Below, piece after piece: positions 51,799-62,692 of a stretch of 64,000 bases of DNA. The DNA lies in the sequence record NC_041878.1, one strand, 5' to 3'. A program made the translations under genes and the position numbers. Numbering within the stretch: the stretch's first letter is position 1; each line of letters starts with the position of its first letter. The notes under the pieces are model-generated. The model had not been told where the DNA came from. It saw only the letters and a list, made by a program, of their open reading frames with translations, and searched no databases.

Positions 51799-54451
51799 GG
51801 CTGATTTACTATCACCTGGTGTAAGTGTAACAGTTACCGATGAAACTATTAGTTCTACTAGTGGTGCAGGAACAGTACCTTTGTTTGTTATCGCTACTGC
51901 TCAAGACAAACTTGTTACTGGAAGTACTGCAATTGCTACTGGTACTACTAAAGCAAATGCTGGTCAACTAAAACTAATTACATCACAAAGAAATGCTCTT
52001 GAAACTTACGGATCACCTATTTTCCAAGAAAGTAATGGTTCTGTAATTCAAGGCGACGAACTTAACGAATATGGTCTACATGCATTATATAGTTACATGG
52101 GTATTGCTAACCGTGCTTATGTAGTTCGTGCTGATATTGACCTAGCACAATTGGCTCCATCAGGAGTAGCACCAACTGGTCCAGTTACCAATGGTACACT
52201 ATGGTTAGATACAAGTGCAACACAAATCGAAGCGTATGTTTCGAAGATTGCAAACCCACAAAGTTTTTATGATTGGGCTTTAAAAAGCGTTACAATCGTA
52301 AGCGAAGAAGATATTGATGATGTTGATACTTCTGGACTAAATGTTGATGATTTAGTACTACGTCATATTCCTAGTACTGGTCAAATGCTAATGTACAAAT
52401 ATGAAGCTGTTGGTTTAGTTCAGGTAGAAACTTATCTATCACCAATCAACAAAGTTCCAACTGGTAATACTGTCGAAAAAGGTAACATCTGGATTCGTGA
52501 TGGTTATACTAAGAACGGTTCTAACTACTTCGGTACACGTTTTGTTATTAAGCGTTATGCTTCTCTAACTTCCGTATGGTCTGAAGTGAATGTATGGACT
52601 GGTAATAGTTTCTATGAAATTGAAGCAAAATCTGGTCGATTTGACAACACCTACTTTGGTGCACTATTTGATGAAGATAGTAAGAGTTTTTCTCTTTATA
52701 CTAAAGCTGGCTCAATCGCGTCTATCAGTGCACCTGCTACCCCAATTGGTCAAAGTTCTTCATCTCAAGCAACTGCAATCGGCAACCTAACATTCAAATA
52801 CTTGAATAAGTCAGTAACTGTTGTTGGCGTTAAAGTGAATGATATTATCAACACTGCAACTCTAATTGCAAACCTAAACCAAAATGCAGAATTAATTAAT
52901 GCAGGTTTTACATTTACTGGTACTAATTCACTAGTTGTAACAAACAAAAATGGTTATAGTTTCCAAGTTTCTGCAAGTGGACAACAAATCTTCACTCCTA
53001 ATGAACTAGCTAAACTAACTGTTGATAGCAATAACTATGCTCTAGTTAACGTGAACAACCTACGTGTTTCTGCAAGTACTCCAACTGCTAAAGCAGCAAA
53101 CGGAACATACTGGTATAACTTCAGTAACTCTGATTCATTAACTGTTACTCTATATACAGCTAATGTTAGTACTGAAACATGGGATCTAGTAGATGCAGCG
53201 ACTAATCAGTACGTTCAACTTGACGAACCAGCAGCAGACCGTGATTTTTGGGTTCAACCACTATCACAAGGTGTTGATGGATATGTGTTCTATCGTAACG
53301 TAAGTGGTTCATGGGTTAAACTAGACAACACTGACCAAAGTACTTTAAATGGTATGATATTCGATGACTTTACTACTGGTGATGTTCCAAGTGCTGAATT
53401 GTATCAAAATGGAATGCTTGCAGTTGACTTAGGTACAACTGAGGGTGTTGTTAAAGTAATGAAAGACGGTGTATGGACTGTAGCAAGTGGTGTTGCATTA
53501 GATGGTGCTGGCCTATTTGGTCGTGCTGCACAACGTAATATCATTGTTGAAGCTTTAGCGGCTGTTGTTGTAGGTAACGAAGATATTCGTGCTGAAAGCG
53601 TAGACTTTAACCTAATGTGTGTTCCAGGATACTTCGAACTAATTGATGAACTAGTGACACTAAACACTGATCGTAAAGAAACTGCATTCATCGTAACTGA
53701 TGTTCCTGCACGTTTAGCACCAAGTGCAACCGATGTTCAAGCATGGGCGACCAATGCTAACAACGCTGCAAGTAATGGTGATGACGGTCGTATCACATCT
53801 TATGCATATGCTGCACAGTATATGGGATGGTGTCTAAGTACTAACGTTGATGGTTCTGAAATTGCAGTTCCAGGAAGTACTATTGCAATGCGTACCTATG
53901 CTTACAGCGATAGCGTAAGTTATGTATGGTATCCACCAGCAGGTACACAACGTGGAGTCGTTACTAACGCTACTTCTGTAGGTTACATTAATGACGAAGG
54001 TGAATATGCTCCAGTAGTATATAATCAAGGTCAACGTGACACAATGTACGTTAACAAGATTAACCCAATTGCAATGCGTCCTAATCGTGGTCTATTGGTA
54101 TATGGTGATAAAACTCTAGCTCCAGACGATACTTCTGCTCTAAGCCGTGTAAACGTTGCTCGTCTAGTAGTTTATATTCGTCGTCAACTAGAAATTCTAG
54201 CTGAACCATTCCTATTCCGTTTGAATACTGCAAGTACTCGTCAAGAGTTTACTTCAGTGGTTAACAACTTCTTAGCTGAAATTGTTCAACTAAATGGTTT
54301 ATATGACTTCCTAGTAGTTTGTGATGAATCAAATAACACCACAACTCGTATTGACCGTAACGAACTATGGATGGATATTGCACTTGTACCAACTCGTTCA
54401 ATTAACTTCATCTATATTCCAATCCGTTTGGAAAATAGTTTAACTAACTAA
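51797..54451 (+). CDS. tail sheath protein (gp18-like)
   Basis: SPGVSV start; WYPPAG..RG, NKINPI, YGDKTL, RVNVARL, DFLVVCDESNN, IDRNEL. Confidence 0.95.
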   Translation: MADLLSPGVSVTVTDETISSTSGAGTVPLFVIATAQDKLVTGSTAIATGTTKANAGQLKLITSQRNALETYGSPIFQESNGSVIQGDELNEYGLHALYSYMGIANRAYVVRADIDLAQLAPSGVAPTGPVTNGTLWLDTSATQIEAYVSKIANPQSFYDWALKSVTIVSEEDIDDVDTSGLNVDDLVLRHIPSTGQMLMYKYEAVGLVQVETYLSPINKVPTGNTVEKGNIWIRDGYTKNGSNYFGTRFVIKRYASLTSVWSEVNVWTGNSFYEIEAKSGRFDNTYFGALFDEDSKSFSLYTKAGSIASISAPATPIGQSSSSQATAIGNLTFKYLNKSVTVVGVKVNDIINTATLIANLNQNAELINAGFTFTGTNSLVVTNKNGYSFQVSASGQQIFTPNELAKLTVDSNNYALVNVNNLRVSASTPTAKAANGTYWYNFSNSDSLTVTLYTANVSTETWDLVDAATNQYVQLDEPAADRDFWVQPLSQGVDGYVFYRNVSGSWVKLDNTDQSTLNGMIFDDFTTGDVPSAELYQNGMLAVDLGTTEGVVKVMKDGVWTVASGVALDGAGLFGRAAQRNIIVEALAAVVVGNEDIRAESVDFNLMCVPGYFELIDELVTLNTDRKETAFIVTDVPARLAPSATDVQAWATNANNAASNGDDGRITSYAYAAQYMGWCLSTNVDGSEIAVPGSTIAMRTYAYSDSVSYVWYPPAGTQRGVVTNATSVGYINDEGEYAPVVYNQGQRDTMYVNKINPIAMRPNRGLLVYGDKTLAPDDTSALSRVNVARLVVYIRRQLEILAEPFLFRLNTASTRQEFTSVVNNFLAEIVQLNGLYDFLVVCDESNNTTTRIDRNELWMDIALVPTRSINFIYIPIRLENSLTN

Positions 54452-54452
54452 T

Positions 54453-54479
54453 AAAAAGGAGCCATATGGCTCCTTTTTT
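54453..54479 (+). terminator. intrinsic terminator
   Basis: AAAAAGGAGCC-ATAT-GGCTCCTTTTT-T. Confidence 0.85.
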
Positions 54480-54513
54480 GTTTTCTACAAAGGTGTTCCA
54501 GAGTATAAAAGTT

Positions 54514-54521
54514 TATAAATA
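54514..54521 (+). promoter_or_regulatory. T4-type late promoter
   Basis: perfect TATAAATA upstream of the tube gene. Confidence 0.7.
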
Positions 54522-54557
54522 CATTAAAGATATTCCTTAAATTTTGGGAGATTAATA

Positions 54558-55247
54558 ATGGCAAATTTACTGGATAAATATGGTGTTGTTATTCCTGGTG
54601 CAAGCCGTGCACCAATGAAACAGCCTAAGCCAAAGTACCGTTTTCGTGTAGTTTTCTTCGGATTCGGAAATACTGAGGATGGCAACTATATTACATTGGA
54701 TACAAATACCGTTGGTACACCAAGCGTAGAGCACGAAAATATAACTGTTCATAGTTATAACAGTTCTGCACACTACAAAGGCAAATATACATGGAACACA
54801 ATTGAAGTAGCATTCCGCGATTCAGTAGGTAACATGTCATTGAAAGCTTTATGGAACCAAATGCGTAAAGAGTTTAACTACTACTCACAAGAATCTCGTA
54901 CTACTGGTTCTCAGTACAAATTCGAAATGTGGATTCAAGCATTAGACGGCTCTAATAGCGAAAATACCACAAACCTATTCGAAGGTACTTTACATACTTG
55001 GATCTGTCAAGGTTGTTTCATTACTGATTCTAACTTTGGTGATTGGGATTACTCAAGTTCAGAAGCACAAGTTATTACCATGACAATTCAACCTGATGGT
55101 TGTGTGCTAGTTGGACCAGAAGGTCAAGCTCTTGGTGATGAAGTTACTGGTAACGGTACTCCAGAGAACGCAGTTTCTATCACAACAAGTCCTACTGCAA
55201 TTGATGCTGGAACTCTACCTGATTCCAACTTCTACGAAGGACAATAA
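54558..55247 (+). CDS. tail tube protein (gp19-like)
   Basis: follows the sheath gene; PKPKYRFRV, GKYTWNTIEVAFRD, W.CQGCF, DYSSS pattern. Confidence 0.8.
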   Translation: MANLLDKYGVVIPGASRAPMKQPKPKYRFRVVFFGFGNTEDGNYITLDTNTVGTPSVEHENITVHSYNSSAHYKGKYTWNTIEVAFRDSVGNMSLKALWNQMRKEFNYYSQESRTTGSQYKFEMWIQALDGSNSENTTNLFEGTLHTWICQGCFITDSNFGDWDYSSSEAQVITMTIQPDGCVLVGPEGQALGDEVTGNGTPENAVSITTSPTAIDAGTLPDSNFYEGQ

Positions 55248-55257
55248 TATTACTAAT

Positions 55258-55283
55258 GCCCTGGACTTGTCTAGGGCTTTTTT
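55258..55283 (+). terminator. intrinsic terminator
   Basis: GCCCTGGAC-TT-GTCTAGGGC plus T6; TAAATA follows at 55289. Confidence 0.75.
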
Positions 55284-55330
55284 ATTGCTAAATATAATAT
55301 ACATTCCATATTAAATAGGGGAAAATATAA

Positions 55331-56107
55331 ATGGCAAATAATATGATGGATAAGTATGGTGTTCCTCTGCCAAGTGGTCGTAATAGAACTATGAGTCAAC
55401 CGAAAGTTAAGCATAAGTTTCGTGTTGTTGTATATAATTTCGGTACTGATATTGATGAAAAAGATTATGTCGCACTAGAAGTTGAAGAAGTTGACCGCCC
55501 AAGCATTTCTTTTGAAACCCATCAACTATATCAATTTGCAACGAATACATCTTATGTAGGACGTTGGGATTGGAAGCCAATTACTTTAACAATTCGTGAT
55601 GCTGTGAATAATAAAGCTGCAAAATCTATTATTCGCCAGCTTCAAAAACAACTAGATTTCCAAAGACGTATCTCTGCGAAATCTGAACAAACATTTGCTG
55701 GATATAAATTCAGGATGATGATTGAAACAACTGGTGGTGCAAACCCTGATGATTCATTAACGAATTTAGGACGTGATACCGCTATTGATGCTGCAACCGC
55801 AATTACTAATAATGCTGGATTAGTCAATGCTATCGATGATTTTGTTGGTGGTAATGGATATAACGCTGTAAGTACTATCGACCGTTGGGTATGCTATGGT
55901 TGCATCATTACTGATATTGAGTGGGATTCATTAGATTATGGTTCTTCTCAGTACTTAACTATTAAGTTAACTATTAAGCCTGATAACTGTGTTCAATACG
56001 ATATGATTGAAGAAATGTATTCAGACAGAATTAGCTCATTACTACCAGATAGTGTTGACAATGCTCTAGATATTGTTGATAAAATCTTTGGTGGTGCAAC
56101 ATTATAA
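55331..56107 (+). CDS. tail tube-like protein, paralogue 2
   Basis: PKVKHKFRV, GRWDWKPITLTIRD, W.CYGC, DYGSS. Confidence 0.75.
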   Translation: MANNMMDKYGVPLPSGRNRTMSQPKVKHKFRVVVYNFGTDIDEKDYVALEVEEVDRPSISFETHQLYQFATNTSYVGRWDWKPITLTIRDAVNNKAAKSIIRQLQKQLDFQRRISAKSEQTFAGYKFRMMIETTGGANPDDSLTNLGRDTAIDAATAITNNAGLVNAIDDFVGGNGYNAVSTIDRWVCYGCIITDIEWDSLDYGSSQYLTIKLTIKPDNCVQYDMIEEMYSDRISSLLPDSVDNALDIVDKIFGGATL

Positions 56108-56117
56108 GGAGTACTAA

Positions 56118-57670
<1,553 letters not shown>

Positions 57671-57671
57671 T

Positions 57672-58235
57672 ATGAAAGCTAAACGTGGAGTCGAAGAAGC
57701 ATTAGGCTTACCAAATTCTGATGAATTAAAAAAGATACTCGGTGATGATTACGAAGAAGATGATTATTACGATGACGAAGATGATGAAAGTACTGAAATC
57801 ACAGGACTTGAAATCGAAGAAGCTCGTCGTTCAATGAATCAACTAAAAGAATATCGTGAACAATTAAAAGATATTCCTGATATTACTAATCGTAAATCAC
57901 ACTTGGACAGATTAGCGAAAATGGCTGAAGATAAGTTTGAAGATATTTTTGACCGTGCTTTTAATTGCGAAGATAGGTTTGCATCAGAAATGATTAATGC
58001 TGCAAATGCTATGTTGAAAATTGCTTTAGATGCTCATTCTAAAGTAATTGACTCTGATATTAAATTAATTGATATGCAGATTAAGAAAGATAAGATGGAA
58101 ATCGAACTCAATCAGAAACCTAAAAATCAACAAGCACTTGTTGACAATTCCGACCCTAATGCTATAGAAGGTGAGAAGGTGGTAGCAGTCAAATCTCGAA
58201 ATGAGCTACTAGCTTCTCTTAAACGAGATAAATAA
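57672..58235 (+). CDS. hypothetical helical protein with acidic N-terminus
   Basis: 187 aa, coiled-coil character. Confidence 0.75.
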   Translation: MKAKRGVEEALGLPNSDELKKILGDDYEEDDYYDDEDDESTEITGLEIEEARRSMNQLKEYREQLKDIPDITNRKSHLDRLAKMAEDKFEDIFDRAFNCEDRFASEMINAANAMLKIALDAHSKVIDSDIKLIDMQIKKDKMEIELNQKPKNQQALVDNSDPNAIEGEKVVAVKSRNELLASLKRDK

Positions 58236-58262
58236 AATAAAATACTGTGACTCGGAGTTAAC

Positions 58263-58808
58263 ATGAACAAATTACAGAAAATTTTAACAGAACTTACTCC
58301 AGAATATTCATATCGTGTAAAATTTGCGTGTGAGCCAAGCTCCGAAGAATTACATAAAGTCGTTGCTAGGCTTACAGATCGTTATGATGCTTTTGAAGTT
58401 GGTCCATTAAAGAAAACTATTTTCCAAGACCGTCCTATTGATTTTTATAATCTAGATTGTGGCGAAATTTGGATGTTCGATTTTAAATGTAAGCGTGGCG
58501 TACAGCCTCAAGTACTACTATTTGAAATTGGAAGTCTATTGCAATGGTCTGAAGCGTTAATTCATGTACGTAATAATTTAGAACCATATCAGGAAGAAAT
58601 TGCTGATTCTGAAGACGACATTGAATTTGATGAATACGAACCACGTCTTTTAGACCCTGAATACAAAGAAGTTCCTGAAGTAAATGCTGAAGAACTTGGT
58701 GGTCAAGGTCGTGCTGATACAGCAGTTAAAGATGCAATTGACGATTATAAAAAAGGTAAAACACCATATGCAGAATATATGTCTGCTGGATTTGGTAAGA
58801 AGGGGTAA
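58263..58808 (+). CDS. hypothetical protein (probable late gene)
   Basis: GGAG RBS; TAAATA at 58229. Confidence 0.75.
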   Translation: MNKLQKILTELTPEYSYRVKFACEPSSEELHKVVARLTDRYDAFEVGPLKKTIFQDRPIDFYNLDCGEIWMFDFKCKRGVQPQVLLFEIGSLLQWSEALIHVRNNLEPYQEEIADSEDDIEFDEYEPRLLDPEYKEVPEVNAEELGGQGRADTAVKDAIDDYKKGKTPYAEYMSAGFGKKG

Positions 58809-58810
58809 TC

Positions 58811-59371
58811 ATGAGTCTTTTAGAAGAAATGTTTGATGGTGCAAAAGAACCGTTAAACGAAAGACCTTATGGTCGTACACAATCAGCAATTGATTCGGCA
58901 AAAGGTAAAGTAAAAGGTATGTTTGGTTCAGGACAAGTTGAGCAAGGTGCACAAGAAACTGGACAAATGGCAAACCAATTGTGGGCTGATTTCAAACGTT
59001 ATATCGGTAGAAAATATGGTTCACATCCACAGGCAGTTTCTTACGATGATGTTGCAGCATTTTTTAAAGGAAATAAACTTGATACATCTTTCTTAGGAAA
59101 TAATCCGCGTCGTTCATTCAGTACTAAAGATGTAGGTAATGCATTACTTCAAGCTGCTCAAAAACTTAATACTGATTATTCAAATGAACCAGATGAAGAA
59201 GAACAAAAACCTCAAGATCAAAATCAAGGTCAACCAAAACCAGAAGACCAACAAGGTTCTAGTCAAGGTCAAGGCCAACCATCACAATCTTCAGGTGGAG
59301 CAGCTTTACCAGACCGTCTTTCATCATTGAGTGCGTCAGATAGAGCAAAACTACTAAAACTAATTTCTTAA
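58811..59371 (+). CDS. hypothetical protein with Gln/Ser-rich linker
   Basis: 186 aa in the late cluster. Confidence 0.75.
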   Translation: MSLLEEMFDGAKEPLNERPYGRTQSAIDSAKGKVKGMFGSGQVEQGAQETGQMANQLWADFKRYIGRKYGSHPQAVSYDDVAAFFKGNKLDTSFLGNNPRRSFSTKDVGNALLQAAQKLNTDYSNEPDEEEQKPQDQNQGQPKPEDQQGSSQGQGQPSQSSGGAALPDRLSSLSASDRAKLLKLIS

Positions 59372-59383
59372 TAGGAGAAGAAT

Positions 59384-60820
59384 ATGTTTAAATCACTAGA
59401 TAATAACAGTTCGATTCCAAATAATTATGTATACACTTCAAACAAAGGTACAGAATATATGTACCTTGATGGTTCTTGGCTAAATTGTGAAACTATGAGT
59501 ACTGTTGCTAGTACTCATAATTTCAAAATGAATCAATCAGCTATTAGACAAATTGCAGAACACAACCAATCAAATACTTTGCAAATTGGTAAGAAATATA
59601 TCATTAATGAGTCAGAATATGTTTATGTTGGTCGTAATAACTTCACACTTCAAGGAAGTTTACTAACAGAGAATATTAATTCACGTGTTAAAATGCTTCT
59701 CGAAGCTGGTGATAGTTCTCGATTCAAAAACATTAAATTAGGTAGTACTGAAAATATTGAAATTCCTGACAAGTTTAATATGGATGGCTATACCTATAAT
59801 AAAGAAAAAGGTCAGTGGTGGGGAAAAAACCGTCGAGATGATGGTCAAATGTATACTGGATATGTTACTGATAAACAAATGAGTGATGAACTTACTTCAG
59901 ATGCAATCGAACGTATTCAACATTATAATAAAACTGATCCATATCCTGTTGGAACAACGGTAGATTACGATGGTAAAACTGCTGTTTGGAATGGTGATAA
60001 ATTTATCGTTCCTGGTCGTGGTGAATTTCCAGATGGATTCACTACTGCGTTTAATGACTATTTTGAAACAGAATACAAACCAAGTCAAGGTAAGAACGAA
60101 GATACTAAACAAGAAGATTCAAGTACTGGATCAAGCTCTAATAATTCGAATGCTTCTGGTGCTTCCAACAATGCAAATTCAGAATCAAGTACTGAAATTC
60201 CTAATGGATATGTTTATACTTCTGGTAAGAATAAAAGTTATTATAAGAAAAATGGTCAATGGTTCTCTGCTGACACCAAAAAACCAATCAATAGTTCTTC
60301 TGCTGTTCCATTGGAACGTGCTGCAAAAGCTGCTATTGACAAACATAATGCTACCGCAGCAGTAAAAATTGGTGACACCTTCAAATCGAAGAAAGGAATC
60401 ACTTATAAGTATGTTGGTGGAACACGTTTCATTTCGGACAATGGTAAATTACTTCCTAAAGATACTGCACAAACTGTTCTAAACAACTTGTGGAAACAAG
60501 CTGATGAACGAAAGGCACAAGACCAACAAAGTAATCAAGATGAGCAACCAGTGCAAGATACTGCTCAGAATGATCAACAAGGTTCACCTGCTCCAGCACC
60601 ACAACCTGAATCTGACCCATCACAAAATGATAATCCATCTCAAGGTAATGAACCGTTAAAAGGACTTGCAGATCAGATTAAGTCTAATCCAGAAGCACGT
60701 AGAATTATAGTACTTCTAAGTCGTGGTGATGATTTGTCATTGTTGGCTGCGGATATACTTCTTTCTGGACAGCAAAAGGAAGTTGCACAGATTCTAAATT
60801 CATTAAATAATGAAGAATAA
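59384..60820 (+). CDS. hypothetical protein with three internal repeat domains
   Basis: IPNNYVYTSNK / IPDKFNMDGY / IPNGYVYTSGK units with S/N/Q-rich linkers. Confidence 0.75.
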   Translation: MFKSLDNNSSIPNNYVYTSNKGTEYMYLDGSWLNCETMSTVASTHNFKMNQSAIRQIAEHNQSNTLQIGKKYIINESEYVYVGRNNFTLQGSLLTENINSRVKMLLEAGDSSRFKNIKLGSTENIEIPDKFNMDGYTYNKEKGQWWGKNRRDDGQMYTGYVTDKQMSDELTSDAIERIQHYNKTDPYPVGTTVDYDGKTAVWNGDKFIVPGRGEFPDGFTTAFNDYFETEYKPSQGKNEDTKQEDSSTGSSSNNSNASGASNNANSESSTEIPNGYVYTSGKNKSYYKKNGQWFSADTKKPINSSSAVPLERAAKAAIDKHNATAAVKIGDTFKSKKGITYKYVGGTRFISDNGKLLPKDTAQTVLNNLWKQADERKAQDQQSNQDEQPVQDTAQNDQQGSPAPAPQPESDPSQNDNPSQGNEPLKGLADQIKSNPEARRIIVLLSRGDDLSLLAADILLSGQQKEVAQILNSLNNEE

Positions 60821-60831
60821 TTGAAAAGGAA

Positions 60832-61767
60832 TTGATTATGAAAAAACAAATTAATGAGGCATCAGTTCGTATCGATGTTCAAGGTTTAGAATCGAATGAT
60901 CTTGAAACTCTATCACGTATGCTTGCACTTGCTGGTCAAGCAGAGAATAAAGGTCCACAAATGGGTGGAATGACTTCTGTTCCTGCAATTGCTCCGCTAG
61001 ATTTAGATAGCATGGGTGGCGAAGATGAAACTCAACCTATTATGAGTCCTGATATGGCTCCTAGTGCTGATGATATGTCAGGTGCTGGGGCTGACGCTCT
61101 AGGCTCAGCAGTCAGCGATTTAGCTGGCTCAGTCACCGATTTCGGTGCAGATTCACTTGACGGCGGCATGGATGATGGTGTACAATCGATGGAAGTCGGT
61201 AGTGAACCTGAATTCGGCTCTGAAGATTTAGATGTGGCTGGCGACGATGATTTTGATATGGATCGTATGTCCTCACTAGCTGGTATTCACGAAAGTCAAG
61301 ATATTGATGAATCTGATGACGTTGCTGATGATTCAGAAGACGAAGCTGACGATGAAGACCAATCTGTTTCAGAAAGTCTCCTACCAGATTTATCTCTTGA
61401 TGAAGATTCTGTAGCTACAGAAGCCGATGCACAAAAAGAATTTGGTCCATTCCGTACTGAATTCGAATGTGTTCAAGATGGACAAAAACAAACTAATGGA
61501 TTCGAAGGCGATAACTTCATTGTAATTCCTAAAGGAAATGCTTTCTATTGGAAACGTACAATGCAAGAAGAAGTTCAAAATGATCCTGAACCTGAATTTT
61601 ATGATGACGAAGGTATTCGTAATTCCCGTCATGCTTATAAAGGAAAACAACCTGGTACTGCATTAGGTGACAATCCACTCGTTCATGAAAATGAAGATGA
61701 TGAATCTGTAGATTCTATCTTTGAATCAATTAACGAGAAATATAAAAAATTCATGGAGGGTCTATAA
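60832..61767 (+). CDS. highly acidic protein (possible scaffold/internal head protein)
   Basis: D/E-rich low-complexity sequence. Confidence 0.7.
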   Translation: MIMKKQINEASVRIDVQGLESNDLETLSRMLALAGQAENKGPQMGGMTSVPAIAPLDLDSMGGEDETQPIMSPDMAPSADDMSGAGADALGSAVSDLAGSVTDFGADSLDGGMDDGVQSMEVGSEPEFGSEDLDVAGDDDFDMDRMSSLAGIHESQDIDESDDVADDSEDEADDEDQSVSESLLPDLSLDEDSVATEADAQKEFGPFRTEFECVQDGQKQTNGFEGDNFIVIPKGNAFYWKRTMQEEVQNDPEPEFYDDEGIRNSRHAYKGKQPGTALGDNPLVHENEDDESVDSIFESINEKYKKFMEGL

Positions 61768-62177
61768 TGAGTAACCTAAGAAAACTAATGGAATCTATTG
61801 ACGATATTTACGAAGCAGATGATGAGTCAATGGAACAAGAAACTGAACAATCTGCACCAGATCTTTTAAAAGAAATTATTGGTTCTCTTAAAGAGCTTTC
61901 TGGTATGATTGCTGATGGTTCAGTACAAGATTTGAGTACACTAACATCTGACCTAAAAAATATCTCTGCATCTCTACAAGAACTAGTTGGTTCTGATGGT
62001 GATGATTTTGAATTTGATGCAGGTGAAGAAGAAGATTCTGAGGAACCTGAAGAAGAATTAGAAGAAGAATATGGTGCTGAAGGTATGGGGCCATCTTTTG
62101 ATGCAGACGGTACGCAAAACTATGAGAATCCACAAGGTTCATCATATCCTGAACAGAAAGGTTTTGTGGGAATCTAA
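61767..62177 (+). CDS. acidic hypothetical protein
   Basis: GGAGG RBS, 136 aa. Confidence 0.7.
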   Translation: MSNLRKLMESIDDIYEADDESMEQETEQSAPDLLKEIIGSLKELSGMIADGSVQDLSTLTSDLKNISASLQELVGSDGDDFEFDAGEEEDSEEPEEELEEEYGAEGMGPSFDADGTQNYENPQGSSYPEQKGFVGI

Positions 62178-62180
62178 CTT

Positions 62181-62555
62181 ATGATACCAAAAACCAACAG
62201 TACTGAATATCAATACCAGGTTTTAAAATCCATCAGAGAAGTTCATGAATTCGATTCTGAACTCTCTGATAAAATGATTTTAATGTCTATTTTTGATAAT
62301 TACAGAACTGGTGGTGGTCTAAGATTGAGTGAGTTGGGGTATCAAATTTGTAACGACAATTCTTTATACGAGTTTCTACCAGTACCGATTAAAAAATCGG
62401 ATCGCAATTCAAACGTTTATACATCATTAGACCGAATTTGCACCACTCCATACTATGTTCGTGGAGATACTTTGTACTTATCAGATGATTTAGTAATCGC
62501 ACAACTTACGTTTTGTTGCGATGACTTTGCTAAATTGTTTGCTGCATTTTTGTGA
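62181..62555 (+). CDS. hypothetical protein
   Basis: 124-aa ORF. Confidence 0.7.
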   Translation: MIPKTNSTEYQYQVLKSIREVHEFDSELSDKMILMSIFDNYRTGGGLRLSELGYQICNDNSLYEFLPVPIKKSDRNSNVYTSLDRICTTPYYVRGDTLYLSDDLVIAQLTFCCDDFAKLFAAFL

Positions 62556-62581
62556 AACGTCTAAAAAAATTGTGGTATAAT
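62553..62581 (+). promoter_or_regulatory. TGAAAC-class promoter
   Basis: TGAAAC-N17-TATAAT with TGTGG extension. Confidence 0.75.
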
Positions 62582-62610
62582 AGCATTGTTAATAGATAAA
62601 TGGATACATT

Positions 62611-62642
62611 AAAAGCACTGAAAACTCAGTGCTTTTCTTTTT
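62611..62642 (+). terminator. terminator-like hairpin
   Basis: AAAAGCACTGA-AAAC-TCAGTGCTTTT plus CTTTTT. Confidence 0.75.
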
Positions 62643-62692
62643 ATCAAATGGATTTGAGTAGTTCAATTATAACTAAGGTGTAAAAGAGAAGT

